DNA from: Azolla caroliniana
Lineage: Eukaryota; Plantae; Polypodiophyta
Length of the DNA stretch: 64,000 nt
Direction: 5' to 3'
NCBI GenBank assembly: GCA_043228905.1
Contig: JBHGNT010000007.1
Location: 5,332,001 to 5,396,000, forward strand
Below are positions 1 through 19,807 of this stretch, in pieces (position 1 is the first letter of the stretch; each line of letters begins with the position of its first letter). The notes beneath the pieces are model-generated. The model did not search any database and was not told where the DNA came from. It was given only the letters and a program-made list of their open reading frames with translations. A program made the position numbers and the translations under genes.

Positions 1-2729
1 TGCTATCTTATGGATACTTTTGGCCATATTTGGTATTCATCGACGATTTTCAAGGACAAATGTGATATGCATGGTGCTAGTGTAATTCATTTCATTCTTC
101 TGCCACCAAATCTTCATGCTCCTTGACATGGTAAAGGACTATTATGAGTTGTACACACATTGAGGGATTGACTTGGTTGAGTCAAAACATAGTTCATCTT
201 GCTCATACACAACTATGGTATTTTAATGGTTATGTCCTAGCTAATTGGATGATTAAATATTGGCTTATGAAGTTGTTTCTTACTGCAATTTACTTGATCA
301 TTGAACCTCTAATAGAAGTCTCACAACAACATACAAGACAATATGAACAAAGACATGATGGGAATCACGTAAGAGAAACCTCAATTTGATCTTGGAAATA
401 TTTCCTTACAACTATGTACTTTAAAACTAAATGAACGATAGTGTAATGGCAAACTTTATGCACTATATTTTGGGAACTTTTAGATTGTTAGTTTAATAAG
501 TCTGGTGCAATTGCACATGATTTTGTGCTCCTAAAATATTCTTTACAAAGTTTAGTTTGGACTTTGCCTTCATATATATAATCTTCCTTCATTCACATTT
601 CTCCTTGTTTCATAGTCTTATAAAATGTCTTAGTCAGAGATCATGCATGCCATATGGTTTCTTCCTAAAAGTCGACTTTCTGATGTAACTTTCCACAACT
701 TAATGCGGTGAAAATGGCAAAATACATGGTAAAGCAGATTGTGTGATCCATATAGAAACCTATAACAGAAAAGAACACATCATATACATTTTGTGCTTTA
801 AAAAGTATCAACCATTATATTTCAAGCTCGAATTGGCGAGCTATTATAAAATTGTTGCTTTATAAGCAATTAACTATAGAAGCTTGTGGATGGAATTCAA
901 ATTTCTCTCTTGGTTCCTTTTTAACAAATGTTAAAGAAAAGGCGACCCCAAGAAATTGAGCATGCAATTGCTAGTTTTCAATATATTCATTTTCACTTGG
1001 AGATCATCCCCTTATCGTGTCTTAGATTAGTCAAGAGTATATTCCATGTCCGTGTTTTATTAACTTAAACTTTCACAAGGTTACTAGACAAAAACACATC
1101 TGGTGATTATGAAAATAAGCAAGCATATTGTTAAAAGTTTCTAATACATATATCAATATTTTTTTACTCCCTTTCCCCTTCATTACTTACATATAGATAA
1201 ACATAGATTGAGAAACCCAAAAAAGAAACCTACGAATCCTGGGCAAACGAAAAATTTGATTTAGATATGAAAGACTAGGGTGTGGGTATGTTATCGGGAA
1301 CATGCACATTCCATATGAACAATTATTCTTGGATGTGAATACGTGTCATGAGAGTCTGAGACAATAGAGGCTAAACCAAATACTTGATAACGGAAATCGA
1401 TATATCAAGGGAATATTAAAATTTCATTATATGTTTGATTAGGAAGAATTTGCAAGTCATTATCTACAGCCCTTGAGATGTATATTTAGTTTTTCGACAT
1501 AATGATCATGCATACCACTTTGGTTTAGAATATCGCAAACTAATGGGTGCGATTGACTTTTACAATTGAACACATCTAAGTTTCCCTTTATTTCCTCCAA
1601 ATTGGCCCTACTCAATTGAGAATATAGGCTGATAAAGTAGATTACATAATTTAATTCTTCTAGAGAGGGGTCCAACTGACGACATGTAGAAAAAAGGAAA
1701 CGTGGGGAGTGTATGGGGATATAACAAAAAAATCAAAGAACTATAATGAAAACATTTACTTATTTGAGTCATAAAAAATAAAAAGGTCAGTTTGCAAACA
1801 TATATGGCAATGAATGTGGTTCGAGATTTGATAGTCATGGGTTGAAGAACATATCTTGCAATGCACTTGCTCTAAGATATCATATTCATGTTCACAACTT
1901 CTTCATTGTAACTAATATATCTTCGTCATGATTTCCTTTTAAGAAAACATTGAGACCGTTTTGACACACATTTAATGGGACATTAAATTCCATGCTATTC
2001 ATATTGGTTCATGGGATTTCCAATTAATGTATTAGCAAGGTTACTTCTTCACCCACTAGATAAGATTGGAGCGAATGATTTTATTGCATAAAACTCGCAT
2101 TTAAAGTTTGTATATCAAGTAAAACTTTGAAAGAAACTAGCACAGTTCGTGAAATGATGATACATGTGATCTACTAAGCACATGTTAACATTTTTGTCTT
2201 ACAATTGTAGAACAAGATAGTAGGCTGAAGGGAACACCTATCATGTTCGTTTTAGCATTTCCCAAGGAAAGAAATGCTCTTGCAATTCAACCCCCTAGTT
2301 GTTGTTACAGAACATAACATTATCAATGAATACAAATTCGTTGGATAGAGATGGAACTTATTATGTAGGAGAGAACCTAACTTCAATGCTCCATACAAGG
2401 ATATAAAAGTGTATAAGCCTTTCTACATATGTATTGTCAATTATATGCCCATCGATAGAAACTCATGTGTGAGACTGTGTTTATTCATTAACCATATATT
2501 GTAATTTTAACAAGTGTAAATTTAAATATTTTTCGCACATGGCTTGATAAGGTTGTCATTCTAACAACTTAATGAGATTGCCCATAGGCAAACTATAAAT
2601 TAAAAATAATTCTTTTTAGGTGGCATCATAATGCATTCAAACATTCTTGTCAAGAGAAGATTTTTGGCAACAAACTGTCTTATCTTAGGTCGATATGGAT
2701 ATATCGAAACACAAGAAGTTATAAGAAAT

Positions 2730-2775
2730 GTGGCTACGAACCACAATGTTTGAGGTTCAAATCCCTCGTCGCCCA
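2730..2775 (+). pseudogene. trnR-ACG: Degenerate 3' two-thirds of an organellar (plastid-type) tRNA-Arg(ACG); organelle-derived nuclear insert
   Basis: GTGGCTACGAACCAC forms an anticodon stem-loop (GTGGC/ACCAC, anticodon ACG). It is followed by a T-arm GAGGTTCAAATCCCTC and acceptor end TCGCCCA. About 39/46 nt match plastid trnR-ACG as recalled. The 5' half is not intact. Confidence 0.75.
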
Positions 2776-2844
2776 CAAGATACCAATCATCCCCGAAGTG
2801 TCCCTATGGTAGAATTTTGTGGATCATTATAGCTAATTGCAAAA

Positions 2845-2921
2845 ATTTCCACCTCCATTCAATGAGGCATCCATGTATTATACAAACCTCCGAAATAGAG
2901 TACATTGAACACTAATAAGAA
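2845..2921 (-). pseudogene. psbC: Short decayed plastid psbC (CP43) fragment (NUPT)
   Basis: Minus strand 2921-2865 translates FLLVFNVLYFGGLYNTWMP, followed after a small insertion by GGG. CP43 as recalled reads [23 protein letters not shown]. Confidence 0.7.
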
Positions 2922-4170
2922 AATTTAGATCTGGAGTAAGAGGAATATAAACACTCGTAATGAGAGAACTCCACTAAAATCTACTCATGGACTTGGTCAT
3001 TGGCATATATGATTGTTTTGTATATAGCATTAAATATCATATGATGCATCTATCATAGAATTCGATCGACGAGAAGGAAATAGTTACATGACTCAAATCC
3101 AAATTCAAAAAACACAAAGAATATATACACCATCTTAATGAATGTGGCATGGGCAACTTTGTCTTTAAACAAGGATGAGCTACAAAGAACATGCACAAAG
3201 CCAAAACCACAATGTTTGTGAACAAACTTATAGGAAGATATGAGCATGAGAATCACATGTAAGGTACTATTGCATTATAAAGAGAATCCAAGAATAAGAT
3301 CAACACATACCAATCTACCAACTTCCTGGGAAATTGGTAGGTAACTTTTGACACAGCCCGAAACTTTTAACACATTTATTCTTGAGTTTCAATAATTTTG
3401 TTAAAGAACTTGTTTGAGATCTTTTGTTTTGTCTCAACTCGGGTATCTTCCTAGAATCTAATTATCACTCCAATTAAATACAATGAAATTTTCTACAGCA
3501 AGATGAGGTTCAATAACATTTTCTGTATGTTTAATACTCAAACCAATGTCATGTTTTCGGCATGTAAATAAGGAGTGGAAAGTTATAGAGATCCTTTAAA
3601 CACTTTGACAATATTATATTACTAGAACTCACAAGCACTTCTAGACAAGCTCTTAGACAAGATGGAAAAAGAAAACCTTTGAACTTGAATCAAGCAAACA
3701 TTAGTTATGTACATGTTTTACTATGGTAAAGAAGATTTACATTATTGATACCCATCTGTAGTTACCCATGGGAAAATGCCCCAATGGAATGAATTGTTAT
3801 GGTCTACAAGCACAAAAATTAATCGAAGAAATGAAAATGCCACCCATATGTTTCAAAGTAACATCAAATGATGTCATGTAGAACCCTCTTTTTTTTATCA
3901 TTATGATATGCTTTCTTCCTTCCTTTTTAATGAGTGTTCGAGCCCACCTATCTCGTAAAAAAGATAGACAGAGGTTTTACCATAATTCTACACTAGACTT
4001 CGGGATGGGTCTTTTTCTACAATTTAATGCATTTTGTGTGCCAAAGGTCTTCAAAAGATAAAGGAAGAAAAAAAGCAATTTGATTTTGCCCAATGTTGAA
4101 TAACCAAAAGACTTCATATATGTATACCTTTCAAATTGATAGAAAAACAGAAAAACACACACACAAAGGG

Positions 4171-10345
<6,175 letters not shown>

Positions 10346-10444
10346 TGCATCTCAGAGAGAGATCCAGCCCTGCGTTTGTGTATCTGTCATAAAAACAGAT
10401 ATGTATTTCTTTGTTGTGTGGAATTGTGAGGGAAGGATGGCGAT

Positions 10445-10825
10445 AAGGGTAATTTATGGTTGCATCGTTAGGGTTTCTGAAGACCTAACAACGTCTTTTA
10501 TGGTTTCTGAGGACCCAATATGGTTTTTTAGCGTTTCTAAGAAGTCAATTAGGGTTTCCGAGGACTTAATAAGCGTATGTGAGGTCGGCCCTGGAAGGTT
10601 TTCTAGGGCTCCTGCGCACCTAATGGGGGTTCCTGAGGACCCAACAATGCTTTCGTGAGCTTCTGAGGACACAAAATTGTAAGGTCCCCAGAACCCAACA
10701 AGCTTTTCTAGGGTTCCTGATGACCTAATTAAGAATTCTGGGAGCCCAATTAGGGTTCCTGATACGGTTTCTTAGGTCCACTGTTAGGGTTTCTGAGAGC
10801 CCAACAAGGTTTTTGAGAGGGGGGA
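10445..10825. repeat. Degenerate tandem array of ~20-35 bp units just upstream of the CRK start codon, containing three telo-boxes
   Basis: About 10 variants of TAGGGTTYCTGAGGACCCAA. Perfect TTAGGGTTT (AAACCCTAA on the gene's sense strand) at 10468, 10549 and 10784. Confidence 0.75.
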
Positions 10826-10906
10826 GGATTCTAAAGGCCCATTAAGGCAAAAGGTGCGTTTTTCAGGGCAGAACCCATCAACAATATGGCGCGATGGATC
10901 CGGACT

Positions 10907-10940
<34 letters not shown>

Positions 10941-11238
10941 GGGGAGGGGGAGGTTATGGGCTCTTCTGCTTCCTCCTGCTTCAAAAGGAGGAGAAAGAAA
11001 AACAAAAAGGCACAGAAAGAAAAATGGAAGCAGAAGGAGAAGAAAGGAATTGAGTCTCTCTGTTTCTCTCTCTCTGTTTCTCTCTGTGTCTCTGTGTTTA
11101 ATGGTGAAACTTGCGTGACTAGGCTACCCCAGAAAGCAGGAGGAGGAAGAGGAGGAGGAGGAGGAACCCTCTTTCTTCTTTGTCTACATTTACTATTGAA
11201 GGTAGTGGCTCTCTGGTCAACCTCCAATTTCTGAAGCC

Positions 11239-11869
<631 letters not shown>

Positions 11870-14800
11870 CCACTTCGCCTCCTCCTCCTCCTCTCACTCG
11901 CCCTGAGTTTTGAGACCCCGCTTGTCCTTCCTCTTCACCTCCGGCCTCTTTGTGTGCCTGTCATCACCTCTCTTCCACACCGAATGTGTTGTCACATTGG
12001 AATCGTTTCCCTCTCATCCATGGCCCCCACTCTTCGGGCATCCTAATTATGTATAGCCTTTTTCGAACTCCATGACGTGTTGGCCTCGACTCCCATATAT
12101 CAGTGTCCTTGTGGACAGACGCTCTAAAGCCGAATTTCCCCTCCCCTTTTGGTTCGGATATGGGAGGCTTCACTTCATTTTTTGGCGCATGGTGCTCTTT
12201 CAAACACCTGCCTCATGTAGTGACTAGGCAACAAGTTGAACCACCACACTTGGTGGCCTTCCATCCATGGATGGACAAAGTGATTCGACAATTTGGGGTG
12301 ACCATGCAAAAGGTCAACACCCACATCATGTGGCCCTTCATCTGTGAATGGACAAGTGGAGTCCATTCTCGAGGGTTTGCGTGCATGGCTTTATTGTCGG
12401 CGTGATCTCATCTCTTAAACCATAACTGGACAAGTTTTCTTCCCCTCCCCCCTTGCCCAACTCTATTTTTAACTCTCGTCAATATGTTGTTTGGACCAGT
12501 CTTGGAGAGAACTATGCTCTCAATCTCCATGTCCTTGACTAAGGTTCTTGACTTGTCAAATGACAATGTTTACAAAATGACCAAATCATATAGATTGTCG
12601 ACTAAATTTGTACAATGTTCTCATCTTCACTCATATTTCAAAATGGCTCGATAATGGAAAGGGAACTTGGTTGATTAGTAAGAATTCTTCAAGGACCTTT
12701 GTAAAAACTCGTATATAAATCTCACAAGTGAAATAAGCCTCAAATGAACGAACGTAAACAAGCCCTCTCGCTCTCTCTCTCTCTCATTCACCCAATGTGA
12801 ATAGGTTCCACTTTGGTTGCTTGTGACATGTTTGATGTTTGAGGATGATAATAAAACCTCGCTATCTCTCATAGATGTATAAATATCACATTCTCTCTTT
12901 GTAATTGTTGCCTTGGTTATACCATGGCATCATGGTCAAAACTTTGAGAGAACCCAAGTTTGATCATTGCCTTGCTTGACCATGTCCCATAGATCGTATG
13001 TAGTCTTTTGAGGATATTTATAAATAAATAAAAACCTATCTATATTGTGGTGTGCATACCACAATATGTATATATTTTTGTAGCTATACTATATTGTAAT
13101 ATTACGAAATTATACAAAGCATGATGCTCTTTCATTTAAACGTAAAAATCGTCACACTCAATGGACTTCACAATGTCATAACTTACACAATGACATTTTG
13201 AAGGGATAAAGAACCATTGCTTGTAAGAGAGAGACATCAATTGCCAAACTAGTCTACATTACTTGTAACCCACATATATTTAATGAATCCATGAATGTCA
13301 AATCTCACATATATTTTAAGTCAAACACACCAACCCCACCCTATACTCAAGCATATAAGTGACCTTAAGAAAATACATGAGCCACATTTGCCTAAGCCCT
13401 TTCTGTGGAGAGAGGAAGACAAAATATCATCCACCCCCCCACCATATCTGTTCCAATTGTCTCCCCATATTGTATTTGATATCCCCTTGATGTCAATAAT
13501 CTACCTATCTGATGACAAGTTCTCACTCACCATTCGATGATGACTCATCTAAATTTGGGAGGTTTGGTTGAGCCTCAAGTTATTAGGTAATGGGCGCCGC
13601 ATGTTCCATTCCTAGGACGAATAACACTTGGTGTGGAAACGAGCTAGAGTTTTTGAGGTTGTCATTCCATGACGTTCCACCATGAATGTGGATATGTTCA
13701 TTCTTAGACAACATATAACTATGGATCCATTTCACCCAGTTGCCAAATTGGTGGGCTTTCAAATGCCAATGCACAAATGAAGTCCATCCCCTTCACAAAA
13801 ATATGGCTGTGTGAGGCATGGTTCCACACATTCCCCAAGGTGGCCATTCCCATGTCCAACATTTCCATTTTAAGTTAGAATGCTAGGGATGTTATATTTG
13901 ATGAAAGCTAGTGCCTAGTGAGATTCAAATGTTGTGCATCTTTATGCGAATAATAGAAATTTCCAAGGTCTACGAAATAGGGTCAAAAGATTTACCATAA
14001 AATTCTTGTTGTTAATTTGTCATTTCGTGATTAGAGTTGGTAATTGAATTCTAGTTGTCCACATGTCAATAGAAGTTTGTGTAGTAAATTTGTGGTGGTC
14101 AATGGCGGAATCCTCCTCCAATACCCATTAAATAGATTCTCTCTTAGTGCTGGCTCTTTGTTAGCCACCATTCCTAAAGAATTTCCTCAAGGATATTGAG
14201 ACTTTGAACTATTCTCACATATATCTATATCCCAACCTTGGGGATCATGTTATTGTCTACCTTTGTGAAGTTTCCATTCACTTGGTCACATACCATTGGT
14301 GTGGATTGTGGTCATTTCACTCAATCTTCTCCTTCCCTAGGCATTTGTGGTACGTTCAACTTCATGTTCATTTTCCAAGTTGAGCACATCCTTATGCATC
14401 ATTTTTACATGTTGGTGTTGTTGGCATTTTGGCAACTCTTTAACAACTAGTGTTATGCATGGTTATTCGGTAACTACGGGTGTGATATGAGAAATGAATG
14501 ACAACGAGTCTACTAATGCAAATTATAAGTTTAGTCAAGAGAAGAAACCTACTACATCATAGTTGTTTACACAATTATTTTGGTCATTTGATATTCTAAT
14601 AGTCTTGTTCTATACACTTCTTAGTTTCGTAGCACATATTAGACAAAGGTCGTGTTATTAACACCTAAACTAATGTCAATAGTCGTGATAACGTAGATAT
14701 GAAAGTTATGCATGAACATAACACTCACAAGTTCCCTCTAAACTATTAATACACCTTCTATAAATGGACAATACTTGTTTACTTAGCAATATAAATGGAT

Positions 14801-15431
14801 ACCAAACCTTTCCGTATTGGAGGATGTAGTGTCCAATGAAGGTTTGTCCCACGGAACAAGTGGGAGGAAATCCAACTATCAAGCCCCAATGTGGATTTTG
14901 AAGAATATTTAGAATACTCTCATGTATCGATGTTTTAAAAAAACCTATTGAAATTCACTGAATTCTTGTATCAATATTCCTCATTCCACAGATTTCCCAT
15001 CGTCTCATTATATACACAGAGTGTTTGAGTATCAAACTTTATTACAATGCTCCATCTTCAATCACATTCAAGTTAGCTTTCCTCATATTTTCATCTCTCT
15101 ACTCCCATTTCTCTCTACCACGACATGCTTTGTCAATTACAAAATTCATTACTAAAATTCTTAAGCATTGAGAGACATCAATAATCTTCTATGTGAAAAT
15201 GTTTCATTTTGGGGCGAGGGTCATATTTGATAACTGAGGGCAAATAGTAAACTATTGCTATTTATGTTTTTCTTTCTATCGTTGGGACTGTACCCTAGTT
15301 ATAAGCTATCAACTTTACTAACCTACGCCTCGGAGTTCAAATCTCACTAGATTTAATTATGACACTAGAGAATAGGGTTTCAATGTATGTTGTATTTGCC
15401 CTTCCATGAACAATCTTATGATTTGAGCTTC

Positions 15432-15435
<4 letters not shown>

Positions 15436-15502
<67 letters not shown>
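15436..15502. repeat. (CT)n(CA)n compound microsatellite
   Basis: Directly visible. Confidence 0.95.
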
Positions 15503-15504
<2 letters not shown>

Positions 15505-16199
15505 GATGTTTCAATAGTAGACAACGTGAAAAAGAAGCACCATTATCATAACATCAAAGACATTGCATTTGGTGCAAGTGTCATGCGAGACATATCTGTC
15601 AGATGTGTTGTGGCACTAAGTGACAAACATGCCCCCTTCTTTTGGTTCCAAAAGTCAAGAAGATTGCAAAGAGAACACCTATTATAAGAGTCATTTCTAG
15701 GAAATCATGTGGATTACCTTTACATGTGAATTGTTATAATTTTATATTAGGAAGCCTATTCGCATGAAGTAAAGTTTGGAAGCATAACATGATTAGTTGA
15801 AGACAACACGAATCTAATAATGGTATTTCCATGCGGAGAGTAAATGAATATTAATGTGCTTTTTATGTTTTGTTTTTAAAGCCTCTTTATTTGATTTATT
15901 TTTTGCTTATTGTTGAATTCAACCTTCTACGATTGTAAATTCATGTTCTTTCCTTGAGTAAAAAACTCCTCCATTGCCCTCTTCCATTTTTCCTTACAAT
16001 GCAAACTTCCTTTCAAGACTTACTGACAATATGATACAAAGTTGGAAAAACTTATTTAGTATCATTATTGATCTCGATATTTAGAATTTTAACTTGTATT
16101 AACATGATATATATACTATATGAGTAAAGGAAAATATGCAATTGAAGTTGTAGCTTATCTTTGCATGGTTTAGACAAAAGTAGCCTAAAAATATGAGGT

Positions 16200-17690
16200 C
16201 TTAGCTTTGTGTTGTGTAGACCAATCATTTATTGGGAATTGATGGGAGGTTGAGCAAAAGAGGCATTGATGAGTTAGAGAGGTGTTATAAAGTCAAACTT
16301 TGACTTTAATGCGTGTTTTAACCAACACACGAATGGAATGATTTCTCTGATTCGTAGCAAACGTGTCCATGTTAAGAAGATAGATATGGACATATTATCT
16401 GAATGTACATGTATCACATCTTCAGTCTATGATCAATCCCTTATTTATATATTCTTTCATACATGGATCCCTTTTGTCTTAATAACTATGCATACATAAA
16501 CATGTGAAAGCAACCCATGTACAAAGGTGAATGGATTTTATGACTTATTTATATTTATGCTATTGAATTGGCCAAACATTTAAAGAAATGCATTGAAGAT
16601 GTAAGATATTGAAGCTATTTTGAAGATTTCAGAGTAAATTCTTAATCATTTTAGAAATCCATTTATGATGACTTCATAACTGGACCCAATAATCCAATAT
16701 ACATTCATCCCCCCATTCCCTAGCTTTTTACACATGTAGATATACAAACCTGATTGTCATGTTGGGAATGCCGCAATCCTAAAAGTGTTTCCCCATGACT
16801 ATTTTTTTGTTGTAAAATAAACATGAAACAACTTCTATGAAGTATGACCATGCCCAAGCAATACAATTTGCCAAAATTCTACGACATGACTAAATGCTTA
16901 CAACAAACATTACATCAGTTTGTTTCTGACATGAATCTAAAATATTTTAGGGTTTGTGTTGTAGTGTAACTAATGAATCTCAAAACATATCAATGTCATT
17001 TGGGACAATTTGGCTAAGAGAGTTTGCGGATAACAATTGTGAACCTTGTGGAATGTTCTTCAAATGACTAATAGGAAAAATAGGACAAACCATACTACTC
17101 AAAGGTAGATCTAACTTGTTTTAAGAATGGATGATGGACCACAATATCGTGATGACAATTTACTAGCTTAGTCTTGAGACTTTAAAAATACGTAGGAACT
17201 CTGAGATAAAATGTTTTCACCTTCATCAAATAGTTCTCATCGACCTACTTTTTATGTTCATTTTGGGCACATTATATACTGTGTTATGCAATATCCAATG
17301 CATTACAATGATAAAAATTAGAGATTTTTTTTCTTATCCAATCCAAATGTTATTGGTGATTTAGGTTGAAAACCCACACTAATTCAAACTTTGAGTTGGG
17401 AAATTGACAATGGTTATAATAAATTGTACATGCGAAAGTTACACAAATGTTGGTGCATATGGACATACAATTTATGTTTCCATGGATGTTTCATGATTGA
17501 AATATTGTGACACTCCCAAAGGTTATCACACTTAGTGTTGTTCATGTCCATAGTGACACAACCTCCCTTTATGAAGTAAATAGCAAATACCCATTCCCAA
17601 TGGTAAAATTGTTCTCGTGTATTTAATCACAAATAATCAAGAAAGAATGAAGTGTGGAAATGTTATTCACACGACCTCAATGTAAGTGAG
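16200..17690 (+). pseudogene. Highly decayed Mutator-like (MULE) transposase fossil
   Basis: Frameshifted motifs occur in the correct MuDRA order: FVLCRPII/LLGIDG (~16205-16246), DCHVGNAAILKVFPHDY..NNF (~16750-16835), SWIM-like NCTCESYTNVGAYGH (~17423-17470) and zinc-knuckle-like KCG.C (~17650). Confidence 0.6.
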
Positions 17691-18961
17691 TTCCTAGAAA
17701 GAGTGTAACAAGAATTAGACACATTGCTTTTTCATTGAAGGAGAGATCATTCTGATGGCCTTATTTACTTTGGGTTTTACAAAAGTAAGCATTTTCTAGA
17801 AGGGGTAAGGCAACACCTCTCTAGCCATTTTCCAATACTTCGTTTTGGAAAGAACTTTAGATATTTGGTTTTGTTCCTAGAGTTGCCTCATAGTGTATCC
17901 AAATTTTCATTTGTGGTGATATTTTGGGGATTATGAAAATATTGAATATAATGTAACCACACAATCTTCAACCAACTTGTTGTAATTGAATTCTTCTTCT
18001 GCAAACGGTCTCTTGTGACAATCATTGCATGATTGTCTCCCATTCCACAACTTCCAAATATTCTCTAAGTGCATTAAAGCACAACATTATGCAATAATAT
18101 TTTTTGCGCATTTTTAGTTCACAAATTTCTCAGTGATAAGTTCACAAATTTCTCAGTGATAATATAGAGTGCTACTAAAAGAAGGAAGCAGACATTGCTA
18201 ATCACAATCAACTACTCATTTATAAACAAGAGATGAACTTGATGTATGTTATGAAAATGCAAGGAAGCATCCCCAATAGTTGACAAGTGATGTGCATATG
18301 ACACTTGCTTACGAGTGCCAAGAAGCACACCACAAACCCAATAGTTGGATGGTCATGCACAAACTATGATGTTCATGAATAATTGACATCTTCTCAATAT
18401 TGGACATTACAATATTCCACTTAGCCAACCTCCACTTCAAATAGCTTTAAGGGTCTTACAAAGAAGTCAATAACCTATTTTGAGAAAACGAAGGGAGAGG
18501 TTTTGGGAGATGTAATGTCTGAGGAAAAAACCCTCACCCCTAAGGCATTGAACTCACATTTATTGAAGAAGAGAAGGTTTGATACATGGCGTAATTTAGT
18601 ACATTATTCCATTGGCTCAAGGTGTTTGCATTGAGTGCACATCTTGTATTAGTGGACATCTGTTTCTACATTGATATTGTTAGCCGAGGGATTTGAACCA
18701 TCGTATATCTTATTGATGGAGAGTTGGGGGAGAGTGGTTGTCAAGTACTCCTGTGGGCTAACCTCCCTTGCCCTAACCTAGTGAGCACCCACTTATCCAC
18801 ACCAAGACAACTCTAATCAAGAGGTTAACTAGTGCTTTGTGTAAAGGCTTATTAAGTGATTACATGTGGAAGTATTAGCCACACCTCAATTAAGCAGAGA
18901 AATCGAGACAAACATACAAAATGAGGAGTGATTAGGGTTTGGCTAAGTAGGGTTGACAATA

Positions 18962-19401
18962 GGCCGTATTGGTGCGTAAACCAGAAGGCCGTTAGAAAGA
19001 TATTCCTCATAAGGAATAATTTTGGGAGTAAGTGTGGCGGCTCATTTATGAGCGGTCAAGTACTGTCAGTACTTGTGTCAGCCCTATTGTCAGGGCTTGT
19101 ATAAAAGGTGCTTGTTGAGCACTGTGTATGTACAGATTGAGTATTATTTTGAATTGAGTTTTCTGTGTGTTTTCTCTCTCTCTCTCTCTGTCTCTCCCGC
19201 GTACTGTGTATATTCAAGCTCTCCATTAAACCTGCGTATTTTCTGTGTTCGGTTTTCTATTGCTTCTGCACATAATCTTTTTCGACTTTGTATAATCTGT
19301 AACTCTTATTTATTTTTTAGCTCTTTGAATCTTAAGTCTTCAAGTCCCCATTGTAAGCAAGCTAGATATCTCTCTCTCTCTCTCTCTCTCTTCTGAATTA
19401 G
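18962..19401 (+). other. Inverted segment carrying the outer part of Copia A's 3' LTR, its TSD and host flank
   Basis: 18962-19284 is the reverse complement of LTR-A sequence. It is followed by ACTTT (19285-19289), the reverse complement of the AAAGT flanking the other LTR (25511-25515). This creates 131-bp inverted arms at 18962-19092 and 19402-19532. Confidence 0.85.
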
Positions 19402-19807
19402 TGACAATAGGGCTGACACAAGTACTAACAGTACTTGACCGTTCATAAATGAGCCTCCACACTTACTCCCAAAATTATTCCTTACGAGGAATATCTTTCT
19501 AACGGCCTTCTGGTTTACACACCGATACGGCCATGTTATGCATACTGATTTACGCACCCAATCTACACATTGGGTTACACACCGTATTACGCACGAATGT
19601 TGAGCTTGTCTCTCAACACTCCCCCTCAAGCTCAACTTGAGGTTCCACCTGCTCCGCCGGATCTACGCTCCGGTTCCTTCTGGCTTCACGCCTCACTCGC
19701 GCTCCTCGACTCGTTCGATTCCGCGCGCCTCGACCCTTCCGGTCGGCTTGTCTACTTACATGGCCCTTCTCAACTTCCTTGCTGTTGTGGTGTTGGCACC
19801 TCTTCTA

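Noticed and set aside
144-1838. Short ORFs at the window start as genes or further plastid fragments
   Set aside because: No convincing motif by eye; a database search is needed.
2730-2775. Functional tRNA-Arg gene
   Set aside because: The 5' acceptor strand and D-arm are not intact.
15325-15350. B-box-like GAGTTCAAATC (also GGATTTGAACC at ~18688) suggesting a SINE or tRNA
   Set aside because: No A-box, cloverleaf, tail or TSD could be supported.
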